NCBI RefSeq assembly: GCF_988243305.1
Contig: NZ_OZ547136.1
DNA length: 64,000 bases
Reading direction: 5' to 3' (one strand)
The notes below the pieces were generated by a model. The model was not told the DNA's origin. It saw only the letters and a list, made by a program, of their open reading frames with translations, and made no database searches. Below are positions 1-11,572 of the stretch, in pieces (the first letter of the stretch is position 1; every line of letters starts with the position of its first letter). The translations under genes and the position numbers were made by a program.

Positions 1-339
1 CTAATAAATTATACGAGCTGTGTTTAAAGCTCCATGTGGTTTTGGTCTGACTTATTTTTGTACTCGTTACAAGAACCCTTTTCGTACATGCTAACCGTGA
101 GCGGGAATGAACAGGTAACCATAGCCAGGAACATTAGCGGCGTAATTCTTAAGCTGAGTGGTATTTCATCTGTAGTTTATCTGTGTATGCATAGCACCTT
201 CATCAGCCAGATTGAGCAAGTCAGCTTAGAATTTGCTGGCGAGATTGTCACGATGAAGCATGAGAGTTACCTCAGTGTTTTATATAAGGATTCGGTCCTC
301 ATAGTAGAACGGTAACTCTCAATCTGATAGGTTCCTGAG

Positions 340-2028
340 TCAGTTCAAATCACGACTCATTTTTTTCGCTCTCACCGGCATCCCATTTGCCACATAATAT
401 CCCGCCGTGCTCCTCGGCAACGCATCCTTCCCGCGAATCATATCCGCCATTTTCTCGCCAATCATAATCGTCGTGGCGTTCAAATTGCCGGTGATAATTT
501 GCGGCATAATTGACGCATCTACCACGCGCAGGCCTTCCAGCCCGTGTACGCGGCCTTCGGCGTCAACCACTGCCATCTCGTCATAACCCATTTTGCAGGT
601 ACCGCACGGGTGGAAGGCGGTTTCGGCGTGGTTACGCACGAACTCATCGAGCTGCTCATCCGTCTGGCATTCGACACCGGGGCTGATTTCGCGGCCACGG
701 TATTGATCCAGCGCGGGTTGATGCATGATCTCCCGGGTGATGCGAATTGCGTCGCGGAACTCCTGCCAGTCCTGCTCGTGCGACATGTAGTTAAACAGAA
801 TTCCCGGATGCTGGTGCGGGTCGCGGGATTTAATCCGCACATGCCCACGGCTTGGCGAGCGCATCGATCCGACGTGGCACTGGAAGCCGTGCTCTTTCAC
901 TGCGTTCGAGCCGTTATAGTTAATCGCCACTGGCAGGAAATGGTACTGAATATTCGGCCACGCAAATTCCTCACGGCTGCGAATAAATCCGCCTGCTTCA
1001 AAGTGGTTGCTGGCACCAACGCCGGTGCCGCCAAACAGCCACTCCGCACCGATTTTCGGCTGATTCCACCACTGCAGGGCAGGGTAGAGGGAAACCGGTT
1101 CTTTGCACTCATATTGCAGATACATCTCCAGGTGATCCTGAAGATTTTCGCCGACGCCAGGTAATTCATGCACCAGCGGAATATCAAACTCCGCCAGCAG
1201 TTCAGCGTTGCCGACGCCGGAGCGTTGCAGGATCTGCGGTGAAGCAATCGCGCCTGCACATAACAGCACTTCTTTATTCGCCGCCGCGCGGGTCGGAATG
1301 GTGCTGTCGCCTTCCAGCCACTCGACGCCCACCGCGCGTTTGCCGTCAAAAATGATGCGATCGGTCATGGCGTGAGTACGAATGGTCAGGTTAGGGCGCG
1401 ATTTGGCCTGATCGAGATAGCCACGCGCGGTGCTGGCGCGACGGCCCTGCGGCGTGACGGTGCGATCCATCGGGCCAAAACCTTCCTGCTGATAGCCGTT
1501 GAGATCGTCCGTGCGCGGGTAGCCCGCCTGCACGCCCGCTTCAATCATCGCTTCAAACAGCGGATTGACGCCGGGTTTGGAGGTGGTGACGCTCACCGGG
1601 CCATCACCACCGTGGTAGTCGTTCTCGCCTACATCGCGAGTCTCGGCCTTGCGGTAGTAGGGCAGGCAGTCGAGATAACTCCAGTTCTCCAGACCGGGTT
1701 CTTGCGCCCAGTTATCGAGATCCAGCGCATTGCCACGGATGTAGCACATGCCGTTGATCAGTGATGACCCGCCAAGCCCCTTACCGCGTCCGCACTCCAT
1801 GCGACGGTTGTTCATAAACGGTTCCGGTTCCGTCTCATAGGCCCAGTTATAGCGTTTACCCTGTAGCGGGAATGCCAGCGCGGCGGGCATCTGGGTGCGG
1901 AAGTCAAAGCGATAGTCCGGGCCGCCTGCTTCAAGCAGCAGCACGGTTGTGTTCGGATCTTCAGTCAGACGGGTAGCGAGAACGTTGCCGGCTGAGCCGG
2001 CACCAATAATGATGTAGTCAAATTGCAA
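340..2028 (-). CDS. betA: choline dehydrogenase (GMC oxidoreductase)
   Basis: ORF 340..2073; FAD-binding N-terminus [15 protein letters not shown]; probable TTG start at 2028 with AGGAGG 5 nt upstream; bet synteny. Exact start uncertain. Confidence 0.9.
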   Translation of the reverse strand: MQFDYIIIGAGSAGNVLATRLTEDPNTTVLLLEAGGPDYRFDFRTQMPAALAFPLQGKRYNWAYETEPEPFMNNRRMECGRGKGLGGSSLINGMCYIRGNALDLDNWAQEPGLENWSYLDCLPYYRKAETRDVGENDYHGGDGPVSVTTSKPGVNPLFEAMIEAGVQAGYPRTDDLNGYQQEGFGPMDRTVTPQGRRASTARGYLDQAKSRPNLTIRTHAMTDRIIFDGKRAVGVEWLEGDSTIPTRAAANKEVLLCAGAIASPQILQRSGVGNAELLAEFDIPLVHELPGVGENLQDHLEMYLQYECKEPVSLYPALQWWNQPKIGAEWLFGGTGVGASNHFEAGGFIRSREEFAWPNIQYHFLPVAINYNGSNAVKEHGFQCHVGSMRSPSRGHVRIKSRDPHQHPGILFNYMSHEQDWQEFRDAIRITREIMHQPALDQYRGREISPGVECQTDEQLDEFVRNHAETAFHPCGTCKMGYDEMAVVDAEGRVHGLEGLRVVDASIMPQIITGNLNATTIMIGEKMADMIRGKDALPRSTAGYYVANGMPVRAKKMSRDLN

Positions 2029-2041
2029 ATAAACCTCCTGG

Positions 2042-3514
2042 TTAGAATATGGACTGGAATTTAGCCATCTCAACCTGGATGGACTTCACCTGGGTGTAAC
2101 TCTGGAGCGTCATCACGCCGTTCTCGCGACCAATACCGGAGTGTTTGTAGCCGCCAACGGGCATCTCAGCAGGGGATTCGCCCCAGGTGTTGATCCAGCA
2201 AATACCCGCTTCCAGCTGATGAATGACGCGATGCGCGCGGTTCAGGTCCGCCGTCACGATGCCCGCCGCCAGGCCGTAGTCGGTATCATTGGCGCGGCGA
2301 ATCACTTCGTCCTCAGATTCATAAGTGAGAAGCGACATCACCGGACCGAAGATCTCTTCGCGCACGATGGTCATTTCGTCGCGGCAATCGGTGAACACAG
2401 TCGGCGCGACCCATGCGCCGTTATCGAGGCCATCGCCTTTCAGTACATCGCCGCCGCACAGTACGCGCGCGCCTTCCTCTTTGCCTTTGGCGATATAGCG
2501 CAGCACGTTATCGCGATGCGGGAAGCTGACCAGCGGGCCGAAGTTAGTTTGCGGATCGAAAACGTCGCCCGCGCGAATGCGCTCAACGCGCGCCAGAATT
2601 TTCTGCTCAAATGCGGCTTTGCATTTCGCCGGAACGAAGACGCGGGTGCCATTGGTACACACCTGACCGGAGCTGAAGAAGTTTGCCATCATGGCGATAT
2701 CGGCGGCGAGATCGAGATCCGCATCATCGAAAACGATCAGCGGTGATTTACCGCCCAGTTCCATGGTCACTTCTTTCAGGGAAGAGGCCGCCGAGTTAGC
2801 CATCACTTTTTTGCCGCTGGCGACACCGCCGGTAAATGACACTTTGGCAATGCCCGGATGCTCGGTCAGATATTGCCCGGTCTCCGCGCCCACGCCCGGC
2901 AACACGTTAAATACACCGTCCGGCAGGCCCGCTTCGCTGTAAATTTCAGCCAGCTTTAACGCGGTAAGCGGGGTGACTTCACTCGGTTTGAAAATCATTG
3001 CATTGCCTGCCGCCAGCGCCGGGGCGGATTTCCACAGGGCAATCTGGATCGGGTAGTTCCATGCGCCAACCCCTGCCACTACGCCCAGCGGTTCGCGGCG
3101 GGTATAGACAAATGACGTCTCACGCAATGGGATCTGGCTGCCTTCCAGCGACGGGATCAGCCCGGCGTAGTACTCGAGCACGTCCGCGCCGGTAACGATA
3201 TCGACGGTTGAGGTTTCCGAATACGCTTTTCCGGTGTCGAGGGTTTCCAGTTTTGCGAGTTCGTCATTGCGTTCACGCAGAATATCAACGGCTCGATGCA
3301 GAATACGCGAGCGTTCCATAGCGGTCATCGCCGCCCAGATTTTTTGCCCCTGTTGGGCACTCTTCACGGCGCGATCGACATCCTCACGCCCGGCGGCCTG
3401 CACGGTCGCCAGCACGTTACCGTTGGCCGGGTTAATGGTCTCGAAGGTGCGACCGCTGGTGGCGGAGGTATAACCACCATGTATATAAAGCTGCTGTTCT
3501 GCCATTCGGGACAT
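2042..3514 (-). CDS. betB: betaine aldehyde dehydrogenase
   Basis: ORF 2042..3517; ATG at 3514 gives [14 protein letters not shown]; aldehyde dehydrogenase family; synteny. Confidence 0.95.
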   Translation of the reverse strand: MSRMAEQQLYIHGGYTSATSGRTFETINPANGNVLATVQAAGREDVDRAVKSAQQGQKIWAAMTAMERSRILHRAVDILRERNDELAKLETLDTGKAYSETSTVDIVTGADVLEYYAGLIPSLEGSQIPLRETSFVYTRREPLGVVAGVGAWNYPIQIALWKSAPALAAGNAMIFKPSEVTPLTALKLAEIYSEAGLPDGVFNVLPGVGAETGQYLTEHPGIAKVSFTGGVASGKKVMANSAASSLKEVTMELGGKSPLIVFDDADLDLAADIAMMANFFSSGQVCTNGTRVFVPAKCKAAFEQKILARVERIRAGDVFDPQTNFGPLVSFPHRDNVLRYIAKGKEEGARVLCGGDVLKGDGLDNGAWVAPTVFTDCRDEMTIVREEIFGPVMSLLTYESEDEVIRRANDTDYGLAAGIVTADLNRAHRVIHQLEAGICWINTWGESPAEMPVGGYKHSGIGRENGVMTLQSYTQVKSIQVEMAKFQSIF

Positions 3515-3527
3515 CACGTCTCCTCGG

Positions 3528-4115
3528 TTAATCGGTGGGTAAATGCTGAGTAATAAAGTGACGGGTCAGCGAGTGTGCGAGAGGTTTATCCAGCGCTTTG
3601 CCGCTCAGTGCCGCGCGCAGCCATAATCCGTCAATCAGCGCGGCAAGGCCGTAGCCCGCTTCCTGTGCCTGGTGGCGCGGCAATTCGCGGCGAAACTCGC
3701 TCACCAGATTCGACAACAAGCGGCGGCTGCTCACCTGCTGCAAACGGTAAAGCATTGGCTGATGCATACTGCTGGCCCAAAACGCCAACCAGGCTTTCAT
3801 CGCAGCATTACTGACCTGCGTTTCATCGAAATTCCCGTCAACAATCGCCTGTAATCGCTGCTCTGCACTGCCCTGCGGAAGTGCATGTAATCGATTCAAA
3901 ACCGCGTCACGCAGCTGACTGGTGATATCGCGCATGGTTGCTTCCAGCAGACCATTTTTGTCCCTGAAATAGTGGCTGATGATCCCCGTAGAAACGCCTG
4001 CACGGCGGGCGATCTGCGCGATCGTTGCATCGTGCATGCCCACCTCATTGATTGCTTCCAGCGTGGCGTCGATCAGTTGTCTGCGCCGGATCGACTGCAT
4101 CCCCAATTTGGGCAT
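3528..4115 (-). CDS. betI: TetR-family repressor of bet genes
   Basis: ORF 3528..4133; internal ATG at 4115 gives [22 protein letters not shown] with HTH; synteny. Confidence 0.93.
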   Translation of the reverse strand: MPKLGMQSIRRRQLIDATLEAINEVGMHDATIAQIARRAGVSTGIISHYFRDKNGLLEATMRDITSQLRDAVLNRLHALPQGSAEQRLQAIVDGNFDETQVSNAAMKAWLAFWASSMHQPMLYRLQQVSSRRLLSNLVSEFRRELPRHQAQEAGYGLAALIDGLWLRAALSGKALDKPLAHSLTRHFITQHLPTD

Positions 4116-4243
4116 TTTCGCCACTCCATTCATCAGCGTTGTTTATCTATTAAAGCGGTTATTGATTGGACGTTCAATATAAAATGTGTCTTAATTGTTA
4201 CGAATTTGATTTTGAATGGTAACAATAACAGTGGGGATACTGG
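4116..4243. promoter_or_regulatory. divergent betI / betT promoter-operator region
   Basis: 128-bp AT-rich spacer between divergent betI and betT starts; operator not mapped by me. Confidence 0.6.
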
Positions 4244-6277
4244 ATGACAGACCTTTCACACAGCAGGGAAAAGGACAAAATCAATCCGGTGGTGTTTTAC
4301 ACTTCCGCCGGACTGATTTTGTTGTTTTCCCTGACAACGATCCTGTTTCGCGACTTCTCGGCCCTGTGGATTGGCCGCACGCTGGACTGGGTTTCTAAAA
4401 CCTTCGGTTGGTACTATCTGCTGGCGGCAACGCTCTATATTGTCTTTGTGGTCTGCATCGCTTGTTCGCGTTTTGGTTCGGTGAAGCTCGGGCCTGAACA
4501 ATCCAAACCGGAATTCAGCCTGCTGAGCTGGGCGGCGATGCTGTTTGCTGCCGGGATCGGTATCGACCTGATGTTCTTTTCCGTAGCCGAACCGGTAACG
4601 CAGTATATGCAGCCGCCGGAAGGCGCGGGTCAGACGATTGAGGCCGCGCGTCAGGCGATGGTCTGGACGCTGTTTCACTACGGCTTAACCGGCTGGTCGA
4701 TGTATGCGCTGATGGGCATGGCGCTCGGATACTTTAGTTATCGTTATAATTTGCCGCTCACCATCCGCTCGGCGCTGTACCCGATCTTCGGTAAACGGAT
4801 TAACGGGCCGATAGGGCACTCTGTGGATATTGCAGCGGTAATCGGCACCATCTTCGGTATTGCCACTACGCTCGGTATCGGTGTGGTACAGCTTAACTAT
4901 GGCTTGAGCGTACTGTTTGATATTCCCGATTCAATGGCGGCGAAAGCGGCACTGATCGCCTTGTCGGTGATCATCGCCACGATCTCTGTCACCTCCGGTG
5001 TCGATAAGGGCATTCGCGTGTTATCGGAACTCAACGTTGCGCTGGCGCTGGGGTTGATCCTGTTCGTGCTGTTTATGGGCGACACCTCGTTCCTGCTTAA
5101 TGCGCTGGTGCTGAACGTTGGCGACTATGTGAATCGCTTTATGGGCATGACGCTCAACAGTTTTGCCTTCGACCGTCCGGTTGAGTGGATGAATAACTGG
5201 ACGCTCTTCTTCTGGGCATGGTGGGTGGCATGGTCGCCGTTTGTCGGCCTGTTCCTGGCGCGTATCTCGCGTGGGCGTACCATTCGCCAGTTCGTGCTGG
5301 GTACGTTGATTATTCCGTTTACCTTCACGCTGTTATGGCTCTCGGTATTCGGCAATAGCGCGCTGTATGAAATCATCCACGGCGGCGCGGCATTTGCCGA
5401 GGAAGCGATGGTCCATCCGGAGCGCGGCTTCTACAGCCTGCTGGCGCAGTATCCGGCGTTTACCTTTAGCGCCTCCGTCGCCACCATTACTGGCCTGCTG
5501 TTTTATGTGACCTCGGCGGACTCCGGGGCGCTGGTGCTGGGGAATTTCACCTCGCAGCTTAAAGATATCAACAGCGACGCCCCCGGCTGGCTGCGCGTCT
5601 TCTGGTCGGTGGCGATTGGCCTGCTGACGCTCGGCATGCTGATGACCAACGGGATATCCGCGCTGCAAAACACCACGGTAATCATGGGGCTGCCGTTCAG
5701 CTTTGTGATTTTCTTCGTGATGGCGGGGTTGTATAAATCTCTGAAGGTAGAAGATTACCGCCGTGAAAGTGCCAACCGTGATACCGCGCCGCGACCGCTG
5801 GGGCTTCAGGATCGCCTGAGCTGGAAAAAACGTCTCTCGCGCCTGATGAATTATCCGGGCACGCGTTACACTAAACAGATGATGGAGACGGTCTGTTACC
5901 CGGCAATGGAAGAAGTGGCGCAGGAGCTGCGGTTGCGCGGCGCGTACGTGGAGCTAAAAAGCCTGCCGCCGGAAGAGGGACAACAGTTGGGGCATCTGGA
6001 TTTGTTGGTGCATATGGGCGAAGAGCAAAACTTTGTCTATCAGATTTGGCCGCAGCAATATTCGGTGCCGGGCTTTACCTACCGCGCACGTAGCGGTAAA
6101 TCGACCTACTACCGGCTGGAAACCTTCCTGTTAGAAGGCAGCCAGGGCAACGACCTGATGGACTACAGCAAAGAGCAGGTGATCACCGATATTCTCGACC
6201 AGTACGAGCGGCACCTTAACTTTATCCATCTCCATCGTGAAGCGCCGGGCCATAGCGTGATGTTCCCGGACGCGTGA
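4244..6277 (+). CDS. betT: choline transporter, BCCT family
   Basis: 677-aa ORF, multi-TM protein with hydrophilic C-terminal tail; synteny. Confidence 0.95.
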   Translation: MTDLSHSREKDKINPVVFYTSAGLILLFSLTTILFRDFSALWIGRTLDWVSKTFGWYYLLAATLYIVFVVCIACSRFGSVKLGPEQSKPEFSLLSWAAMLFAAGIGIDLMFFSVAEPVTQYMQPPEGAGQTIEAARQAMVWTLFHYGLTGWSMYALMGMALGYFSYRYNLPLTIRSALYPIFGKRINGPIGHSVDIAAVIGTIFGIATTLGIGVVQLNYGLSVLFDIPDSMAAKAALIALSVIIATISVTSGVDKGIRVLSELNVALALGLILFVLFMGDTSFLLNALVLNVGDYVNRFMGMTLNSFAFDRPVEWMNNWTLFFWAWWVAWSPFVGLFLARISRGRTIRQFVLGTLIIPFTFTLLWLSVFGNSALYEIIHGGAAFAEEAMVHPERGFYSLLAQYPAFTFSASVATITGLLFYVTSADSGALVLGNFTSQLKDINSDAPGWLRVFWSVAIGLLTLGMLMTNGISALQNTTVIMGLPFSFVIFFVMAGLYKSLKVEDYRRESANRDTAPRPLGLQDRLSWKKRLSRLMNYPGTRYTKQMMETVCYPAMEEVAQELRLRGAYVELKSLPPEEGQQLGHLDLLVHMGEEQNFVYQIWPQQYSVPGFTYRARSGKSTYYRLETFLLEGSQGNDLMDYSKEQVITDILDQYERHLNFIHLHREAPGHSVMFPDA

Positions 6278-6290
6278 TTGTTATTGCATA

Positions 6291-6327
6291 AAACCGCGCC
6301 ATGTCTGCATATGGCGCGGTTTCTCTT
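6291..6327 (+). terminator. intrinsic terminator downstream of betT
   Basis: Perfect 11-bp stem aaccgcgccat / atggcgcggtt with 8-nt loop, followed by tctctt, 14 nt after the betT stop. Confidence 0.7.
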
Positions 6328-7154
6328 ACCTCTTGATACGTTATATCTGTGTACAGTTAAGCCCTTAGTATCGATTGATGATTGCCAGGCAACAGATAAT
6401 AAAAAAGAAAAGAACTATTGAAGCCCAAAACCTACGCTTGGACTGTTGTGAATGTTCAATAAGCTTAGTCTTATTTAATGTAAATATTGGTGCTAATTTG
6501 AAATGACGCTTTATTCATGGGAAACGCGTAGCGCAAATCAACTAAAATCAATGTAACTGTTTGTTGTTTAAGGTTTAATTGTCTGTGTCTGATATTTTAT
6601 TGATTGTTTTAAATATTGTTTTTATTGTCATTGTTATAATGTTGGCTATCTATTGCTGAATGGATTCAGCCTTAAAAAGCAGGTTGTTAAGGGATAGACA
6701 TAGAGTAATGACGTGTATGCATAACCAACATCTTTACTCATTATGTCATTGAATGTTGACGCTATGTGTTTATGAGGTTGAGGTATTTTCAGTTGATCTG
6801 GATTGTTAAATTCATATAATGCGCCTTTACTCATGAATGGGCGTCAATACGTAGTGGGAAATTATAAATATTGAAATAGTCCAACTACTTCTTTATTACC
6901 AAAAATGAGTATCTGAATTTTAATATTGCATTCTTGCGTGATTATCTCCTGAGTTTGACTTGTGATTACCTTTTTAAGGTATTTAGCGTAACTGTTTTTG
7001 AGCGAGCATCAGAGGTAAAGATAATCTTTTTGATAGTGATGTGGGATGTTATGCGTATGGCATCGCTGATGTTTATGGTTACCCCTTATGTGTGCTCAGG
7101 AATCCACAGGTAATCACTCATACTGAACAGCGATAAAAGATAAAAGGTGTGTTC

Positions 7155-8243
7155 ATGAATTCATGTGATTTTCGTGTTTTTCTGCAAGAGTTCGGTACAA
7201 CGGTTCATTTGTCATTGCCTGGTAGCGTATCCGAGAAAGAACGACTGCTACTCAAGCTGCTGATGCAGGGAATGTCTGTAACAGAAATATCACAGTACAG
7301 AAATCGCAGTGCAAAGACCATTTCACATCAAAAGAAACAGCTCTTTGAGAAACTGGGGATTCAGAGCGATATTACTTTCTGGCGGGATATTTTCTTTCAG
7401 TACAATCCGGAGATCATATCCGCCACGGGTAATAATAGTCACAAATATATTAATGATAATCACTATCACCATATCGTCACGCCTGAAGCCATCAGTCTGG
7501 CGTTGGAAAACCATGAATTTAAATCGTGGATCCAACCGGTTTTCTGCGCGCAGACTGGGGTACTGACGGGCTGTGAGGTGCTTGTCCGCTGGGAACATCC
7601 ACAAACGGGAATTATCCCACCGGATCAGTTTATTCCTCTGGCGGAGTCATCTGGTCTTATTGTCATAATGACTCGCCAGTTGATGAAACAGACTGCGGAT
7701 ATTCTGATGCCGGTAAAACATTTGCTGCCGGACAATTTCCATATTGGCATCAACGTCTCGGCGGGTTGTTTTTTGGCTGCGGGATTTGAAAAAGAGTGTC
7801 TGAACTTGGTTAAGAAATTAGGTAACGATAAAATCAAACTGGTTCTCGAGCTAACGGAACGTAACCCTATTCCGGTAACGCCAGAAGCCAGAGCGATATT
7901 TGACAGCCTTCATCAGCACAACATTACCTTTGCGCTGGATGACTTTGGTACGGGTTATGCGACCTATCGTTACTTGCAGGCGTTCCCGGTCGATTTTATT
8001 AAGATCGATAAGTCATTTGTGCAAATGGCGAGCGTGGACGAAATATCCGGTCATATTGTGGACAATATTGTCGAACTGGCGCGTAAGCCTGGTCTGAGTA
8101 TCGTGGCGGAAGGGGTAGAAACCCAGGAGCAGGCGGATTTAATGATCGGCAAAGGCGTTCACTTTTTGCAGGGCTATTTGTACTCTCCGCCAGTACCGGG
8201 TAATAAATTTATCTCTGAATGGGTAATGAAAGCAGGTGGTTGA
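7155..8243 (+). CDS. pdeL: c-di-GMP phosphodiesterase with LuxR-type HTH and EAL domain
   Basis: ORF 7149..8243; ATG at 7155 gives MNSCDFRVF; EAL-domain motifs; K-12 yahA position. Confidence 0.93.
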   Translation: MNSCDFRVFLQEFGTTVHLSLPGSVSEKERLLLKLLMQGMSVTEISQYRNRSAKTISHQKKQLFEKLGIQSDITFWRDIFFQYNPEIISATGNNSHKYINDNHYHHIVTPEAISLALENHEFKSWIQPVFCAQTGVLTGCEVLVRWEHPQTGIIPPDQFIPLAESSGLIVIMTRQLMKQTADILMPVKHLLPDNFHIGINVSAGCFLAAGFEKECLNLVKKLGNDKIKLVLELTERNPIPVTPEARAIFDSLHQHNITFALDDFGTGYATYRYLQAFPVDFIKIDKSFVQMASVDEISGHIVDNIVELARKPGLSIVAEGVETQEQADLMIGKGVHFLQGYLYSPPVPGNKFISEWVMKAGG

Positions 8244-8284
8244 TGTAAACCGCTATTCACAGCGCATCGGGAGGTTGGCAGCGA

Positions 8285-9217
8285 TTAATTCTCCCGATGC
8301 AGTAAATCCTGATAGATCCCCGTTAATATGCCATTTGGCGCAAATTGTTTTTTAATCCACTGCGTCACCTGACCGGTGGCAGAGTGCTGGGTCGCCAGTA
8401 ACATGCGTGAATCCTGGCGCGGATTATGGATTTGTCGGGTAACCAGCAGGGATTGCGTCATCGCCTCACGGACCATGTAATCCGGCAAAAACCCAATTCC
8501 TTCACCTAAAATCTGGCACTGACATTTGGTGTTGAAATCTGGCACCAGAATCGACTCCTGCCCATGCAGCAACCAGCCCACTTTTTTATTAATCGTATGC
8601 GCGGTGTCCTCCACCATGATATTAGGATAGAGACGCAGTTGGCTTTCGGCGATCGGCTCCGGCACAAAGGCTAATGGGTGATCCGGGGCGATAGCAAAAG
8701 CCCAGCGAATTGCGCCAATCTCCGTGTAATCAATGCCGCCGCCGTCCAGCAGTGTGTCGGGCGCGCCGATAGCAATATTCGCCTGATTATTAATAATCGC
8801 ATCCCAGACGCCGTTATACACTTCGGTCGTCATGGTAATCTGGCAGGTTGGAAACTGCTTTTTCAGTACCTGTAATAAGCGTGCGGTGTGTTTGGGCGTA
8901 TAAAGCAGTTGGTTAATACAAATGCGCACCCGTGCTTCTATACCCTGCGAAATAGTATCGATGCTGCGTTTGATGGCGTGAAAATCATTCAGCAGGTCGG
9001 TAGCTTTGCGGAAAAAATAACGCCCGGACTCCGTTAACTCAATGCTTCGGGTACTGCGAGTGAACAGCACCACATCCAGCCCTGTTTCCATTCGCTTGAT
9101 GGTGTAGCTAATGGCGGAAGTGGTTAAACCCAACTCTTCTGCGGCTTTACTGAAACTGCCAAAACGCGCAGCGGTAGTAAATGCCAACAGATTCTCTTCG
9201 GTAAAAATTGAGTTCAT
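8285..9217 (-). CDS. yahB: LysR-family transcriptional regulator
   Basis: 310-aa ORF with N-terminal HTH (FSKAAEELGLTTSAISYTIKRME). Confidence 0.92.
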   Translation of the reverse strand: MNSIFTEENLLAFTTAARFGSFSKAAEELGLTTSAISYTIKRMETGLDVVLFTRSTRSIELTESGRYFFRKATDLLNDFHAIKRSIDTISQGIEARVRICINQLLYTPKHTARLLQVLKKQFPTCQITMTTEVYNGVWDAIINNQANIAIGAPDTLLDGGGIDYTEIGAIRWAFAIAPDHPLAFVPEPIAESQLRLYPNIMVEDTAHTINKKVGWLLHGQESILVPDFNTKCQCQILGEGIGFLPDYMVREAMTQSLLVTRQIHNPRQDSRMLLATQHSATGQVTQWIKKQFAPNGILTGIYQDLLHREN

Positions 9218-9308
9218 TAAACCATTCCCGCCATTATCGAATATGAATTTCTCCAGCCATGACTGTAGAGGTATCGGTTAAAGATAGATAATCATTTTTG
9301 AATAACTT

Positions 9309-9806
9309 TTAATACCCGTCGCGTTTAGTCGTCGCTTCGCTTAATTTTTGTCCGCCATATTCTGAAATTATCCCCACGCAGTTACCCGCCAGAAAACCCA
9401 GTAATGTCACCGTCCAGTTCATCCCGCTGGCAAAAAATAGCGTCATGCCGAGAAAGCCTCCGGGAATAAAAGACAGTAAACCGAAACGTCCTTGCCAGAC
9501 CACCACCGCCGAGAAGGGTACAGTCATAATCACGCTCGCCCAGAACGTGGACAATCCACTCACCGAGGCCAGCCAACCGGCAGCCAGCGCGGCGAAAAAC
9601 GCCCACACCATCCCGGAATAATTAACCGCCAGGCTTCTGATAAACCCCGATTTACCGCCGCCTGCGGCATAAAAACTGCAAAAGGCGACGAAGCCAATAG
9701 TTCCTAATAATTCCCATCCCTGAGAGAGCCCGACATGTGAAGACACTAACTGCCAAAGCCCTGCACAAATACCGACGGTGACACCCGTTGCCGTGAGTCC
9801 GTTCAT
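9309..9806 (-). CDS. yahC: small inner-membrane protein
   Basis: 165-aa hydrophobic ORF; synteny. Confidence 0.85.
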   Translation of the reverse strand: MNGLTATGVTVGICAGLWQLVSSHVGLSQGWELLGTIGFVAFCSFYAAGGGKSGFIRSLAVNYSGMVWAFFAALAAGWLASVSGLSTFWASVIMTVPFSAVVVWQGRFGLLSFIPGGFLGMTLFFASGMNWTVTLLGFLAGNCVGIISEYGGQKLSEATTKRDGY

Positions 9807-10063
9807 CTTGTTCCCCTCTGGTTAGACATGGACGAAAGCTACTCTTACATGTGCAGACTATAGAGAAATAAAACCTGATTGAGTGAAAGGGTATCGGGTC
9901 AAAGAAACAAATATTGCACTACCGCACACTGCGAAAAGATTGTTGAACATCATTCAACAAAAAGGCGAAATACGGCGAATTAAATTTAAGCGGGTTCTTT
10001 TATCAGATTATCGTTGCTATTCTCAATTCATCGAAAACAGCCACAAAAATCAGGGGAATGTGA

Positions 10064-10669
10064 ATGACTATAAAAAATCTACCTGCCGACTATTTATTGG
10101 CTGCGCAACAGGGTGATATCGATAAAGTAAAAACATGCCTTGCGCTGGGTGTCGATATTAATACCTGCGATCGTCAGGGGAAAACGGCAATTACGCTGGC
10201 AAGTTTATATCAGCAATATGCTTGCGTTCAGGCATTAATTGATGCCGGAGCAGATATTAATAAGCAAGATCAAATATGTTCAAATCCTTTTTTAATTAGC
10301 TGCCTGACCGGCGATTTAACCCTGTTACGGATTATTTTACCGGCTAAACCCGATCTTAATTGCGTCACCCGTTTTGGCGGTGTCGGCCTGACGCCTGCCT
10401 GTGAAAAAGGCCATTTAAGTATTGTAAAAGAGCTTTTGGCGCATACGGAGATTAACGTTAACCAGACCAACCATGTTGGCTGGACGCCGCTACTGGAAGC
10501 AATTGTGCTTAATGATGGCGGGATTAAACAGCAGGCGATTGTCCAGTTATTGCTGGAACACGGTGCCAGCCCGCACATGACGGATAAATATGGCAAAACG
10601 CCGCTGGAACTGGCGCGGGAACGAGGCTTTGAAGAGATTGCACAGTTACTGATTGCCGCAGGTGCATAA
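10064..10669 (+). CDS. yahD: ankyrin-repeat protein
   Basis: 201-aa ORF with repeated ankyrin-like units (GKTAITLASLY..ALIDAGADIN; GWTPLLEAI; GKTPLELA). Confidence 0.9.
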   Translation: MTIKNLPADYLLAAQQGDIDKVKTCLALGVDINTCDRQGKTAITLASLYQQYACVQALIDAGADINKQDQICSNPFLISCLTGDLTLLRIILPAKPDLNCVTRFGGVGLTPACEKGHLSIVKELLAHTEINVNQTNHVGWTPLLEAIVLNDGGIKQQAIVQLLLEHGASPHMTDKYGKTPLELARERGFEEIAQLLIAAGA

Positions 10670-10708
10670 ACCGGGAGGCTTGCTATCAACACACCAGAAA
10701 GACGGTGT

Positions 10709-11572
10709 GTGTGGGCGCTAACTGCGGATGCTGATTTTCTGGCGCAGCGGGGGCAAGGACAGGTTGAACAGGTCTTTGCCAGAGCGGTAAATATCGCACT
10801 TCCGGCCCGCCAGCAGTTGCTGACGCTGCTTTGTGAAGAGTACGACAATGCGCCAAACAGTTGTCGGTTGGCACTCACTCACTTTGATGGTCTGTTCCGG
10901 CATGGTGATAAGGTTCAGTTTGACGATCAAGGCATTACGGTTGGTCAACATCTTCATATAGAGATGAGTCGTTGTCGGCGTTGGCTGTCCCCAACCTTGC
11001 AAATGACCGCTGTGAATTTTCACCTTATCGCCTGGCAACAGTGGCATGACATTATTCATCAGCACCTGGGGGAAAATGAAACCCTGTTTAATTATTGCGG
11101 CGATAATCCGTTTTATCAGGCGTTAAATAAAGAATTACATATTAAACGACGGGCAGTTATTCAGGCCGTAAACGATAAACAAAATATCGCCTCAGCAGTC
11201 GCCAGTATGATGGGCTTAGGGATTGGCCTTACGCCATCAGCCGACGATTATTTAACAGGTCTGGCGCTTATTTTATTTATTTCCGGACATCCGGCGGAAA
11301 AATACAAAGAGGAATTTTATCTCGGTCTGCAACGCGGCAGAAATAATACCACGTTATTAAGTGCCATAACGCTGGAAGCCGCATTACAACAACGCTGCCG
11401 GGAAAATATTCATCGTTTTATTCATAACATTATTTATGGTGTCCCTGGGAACGCAACTCAGGCAATAGAAAAAATTAAACATATTGGCTCCAGTTCCGGC
11501 TGCGACATGCTGTATGGCATGGCCGATGGTTGTGCGCTGAGCCAAACCTACGGAGGGAATTATGTCAGTTAA
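10709..11572 (+). CDS. yahE: DUF2877-family protein (YlbF paralog)
   Basis: 287-aa ORF, GTG start at 10709; synteny. Confidence 0.85.
   Translation: MWALTADADFLAQRGQGQVEQVFARAVNIALPARQQLLTLLCEEYDNAPNSCRLALTHFDGLFRHGDKVQFDDQGITVGQHLHIEMSRCRRWLSPTLQMTAVNFHLIAWQQWHDIIHQHLGENETLFNYCGDNPFYQALNKELHIKRRAVIQAVNDKQNIASAVASMMGLGIGLTPSADDYLTGLALILFISGHPAEKYKEEFYLGLQRGRNNTTLLSAITLEAALQQRCRENIHRFIHNIIYGVPGNATQAIEKIKHIGSSSGCDMLYGMADGCALSQTYGGNYVS

Noticed and set aside
34-315. 93-aa plus-strand ORF downstream of betA
   Set aside because: No recognizable domain or RBS support; lies in what I believe is the spacer between betA and the upstream neighbour. Probably a chance ORF.
519-1349. Multiple ORFs antisense to or out of frame with betA (519..848, 544..1164, 897..1349)
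   Set aside because: Shadow ORFs inside a conserved gene; the same applies to the many internal ORFs within lacZ, prpE, yahF, yahG, mhpA and others.
6646-6834. 62-aa minus-strand ORF in the betT-pdeL AT-rich spacer
   Set aside because: AT-rich DNA generates spurious ORFs; no Shine-Dalgarno sequence and atypical composition. Left as a possibility in the findings only.
9883-10116. 77-aa ORF overlapping the yahD start
   Set aside because: Overlaps the well-supported yahD start in another frame and has no independent support.
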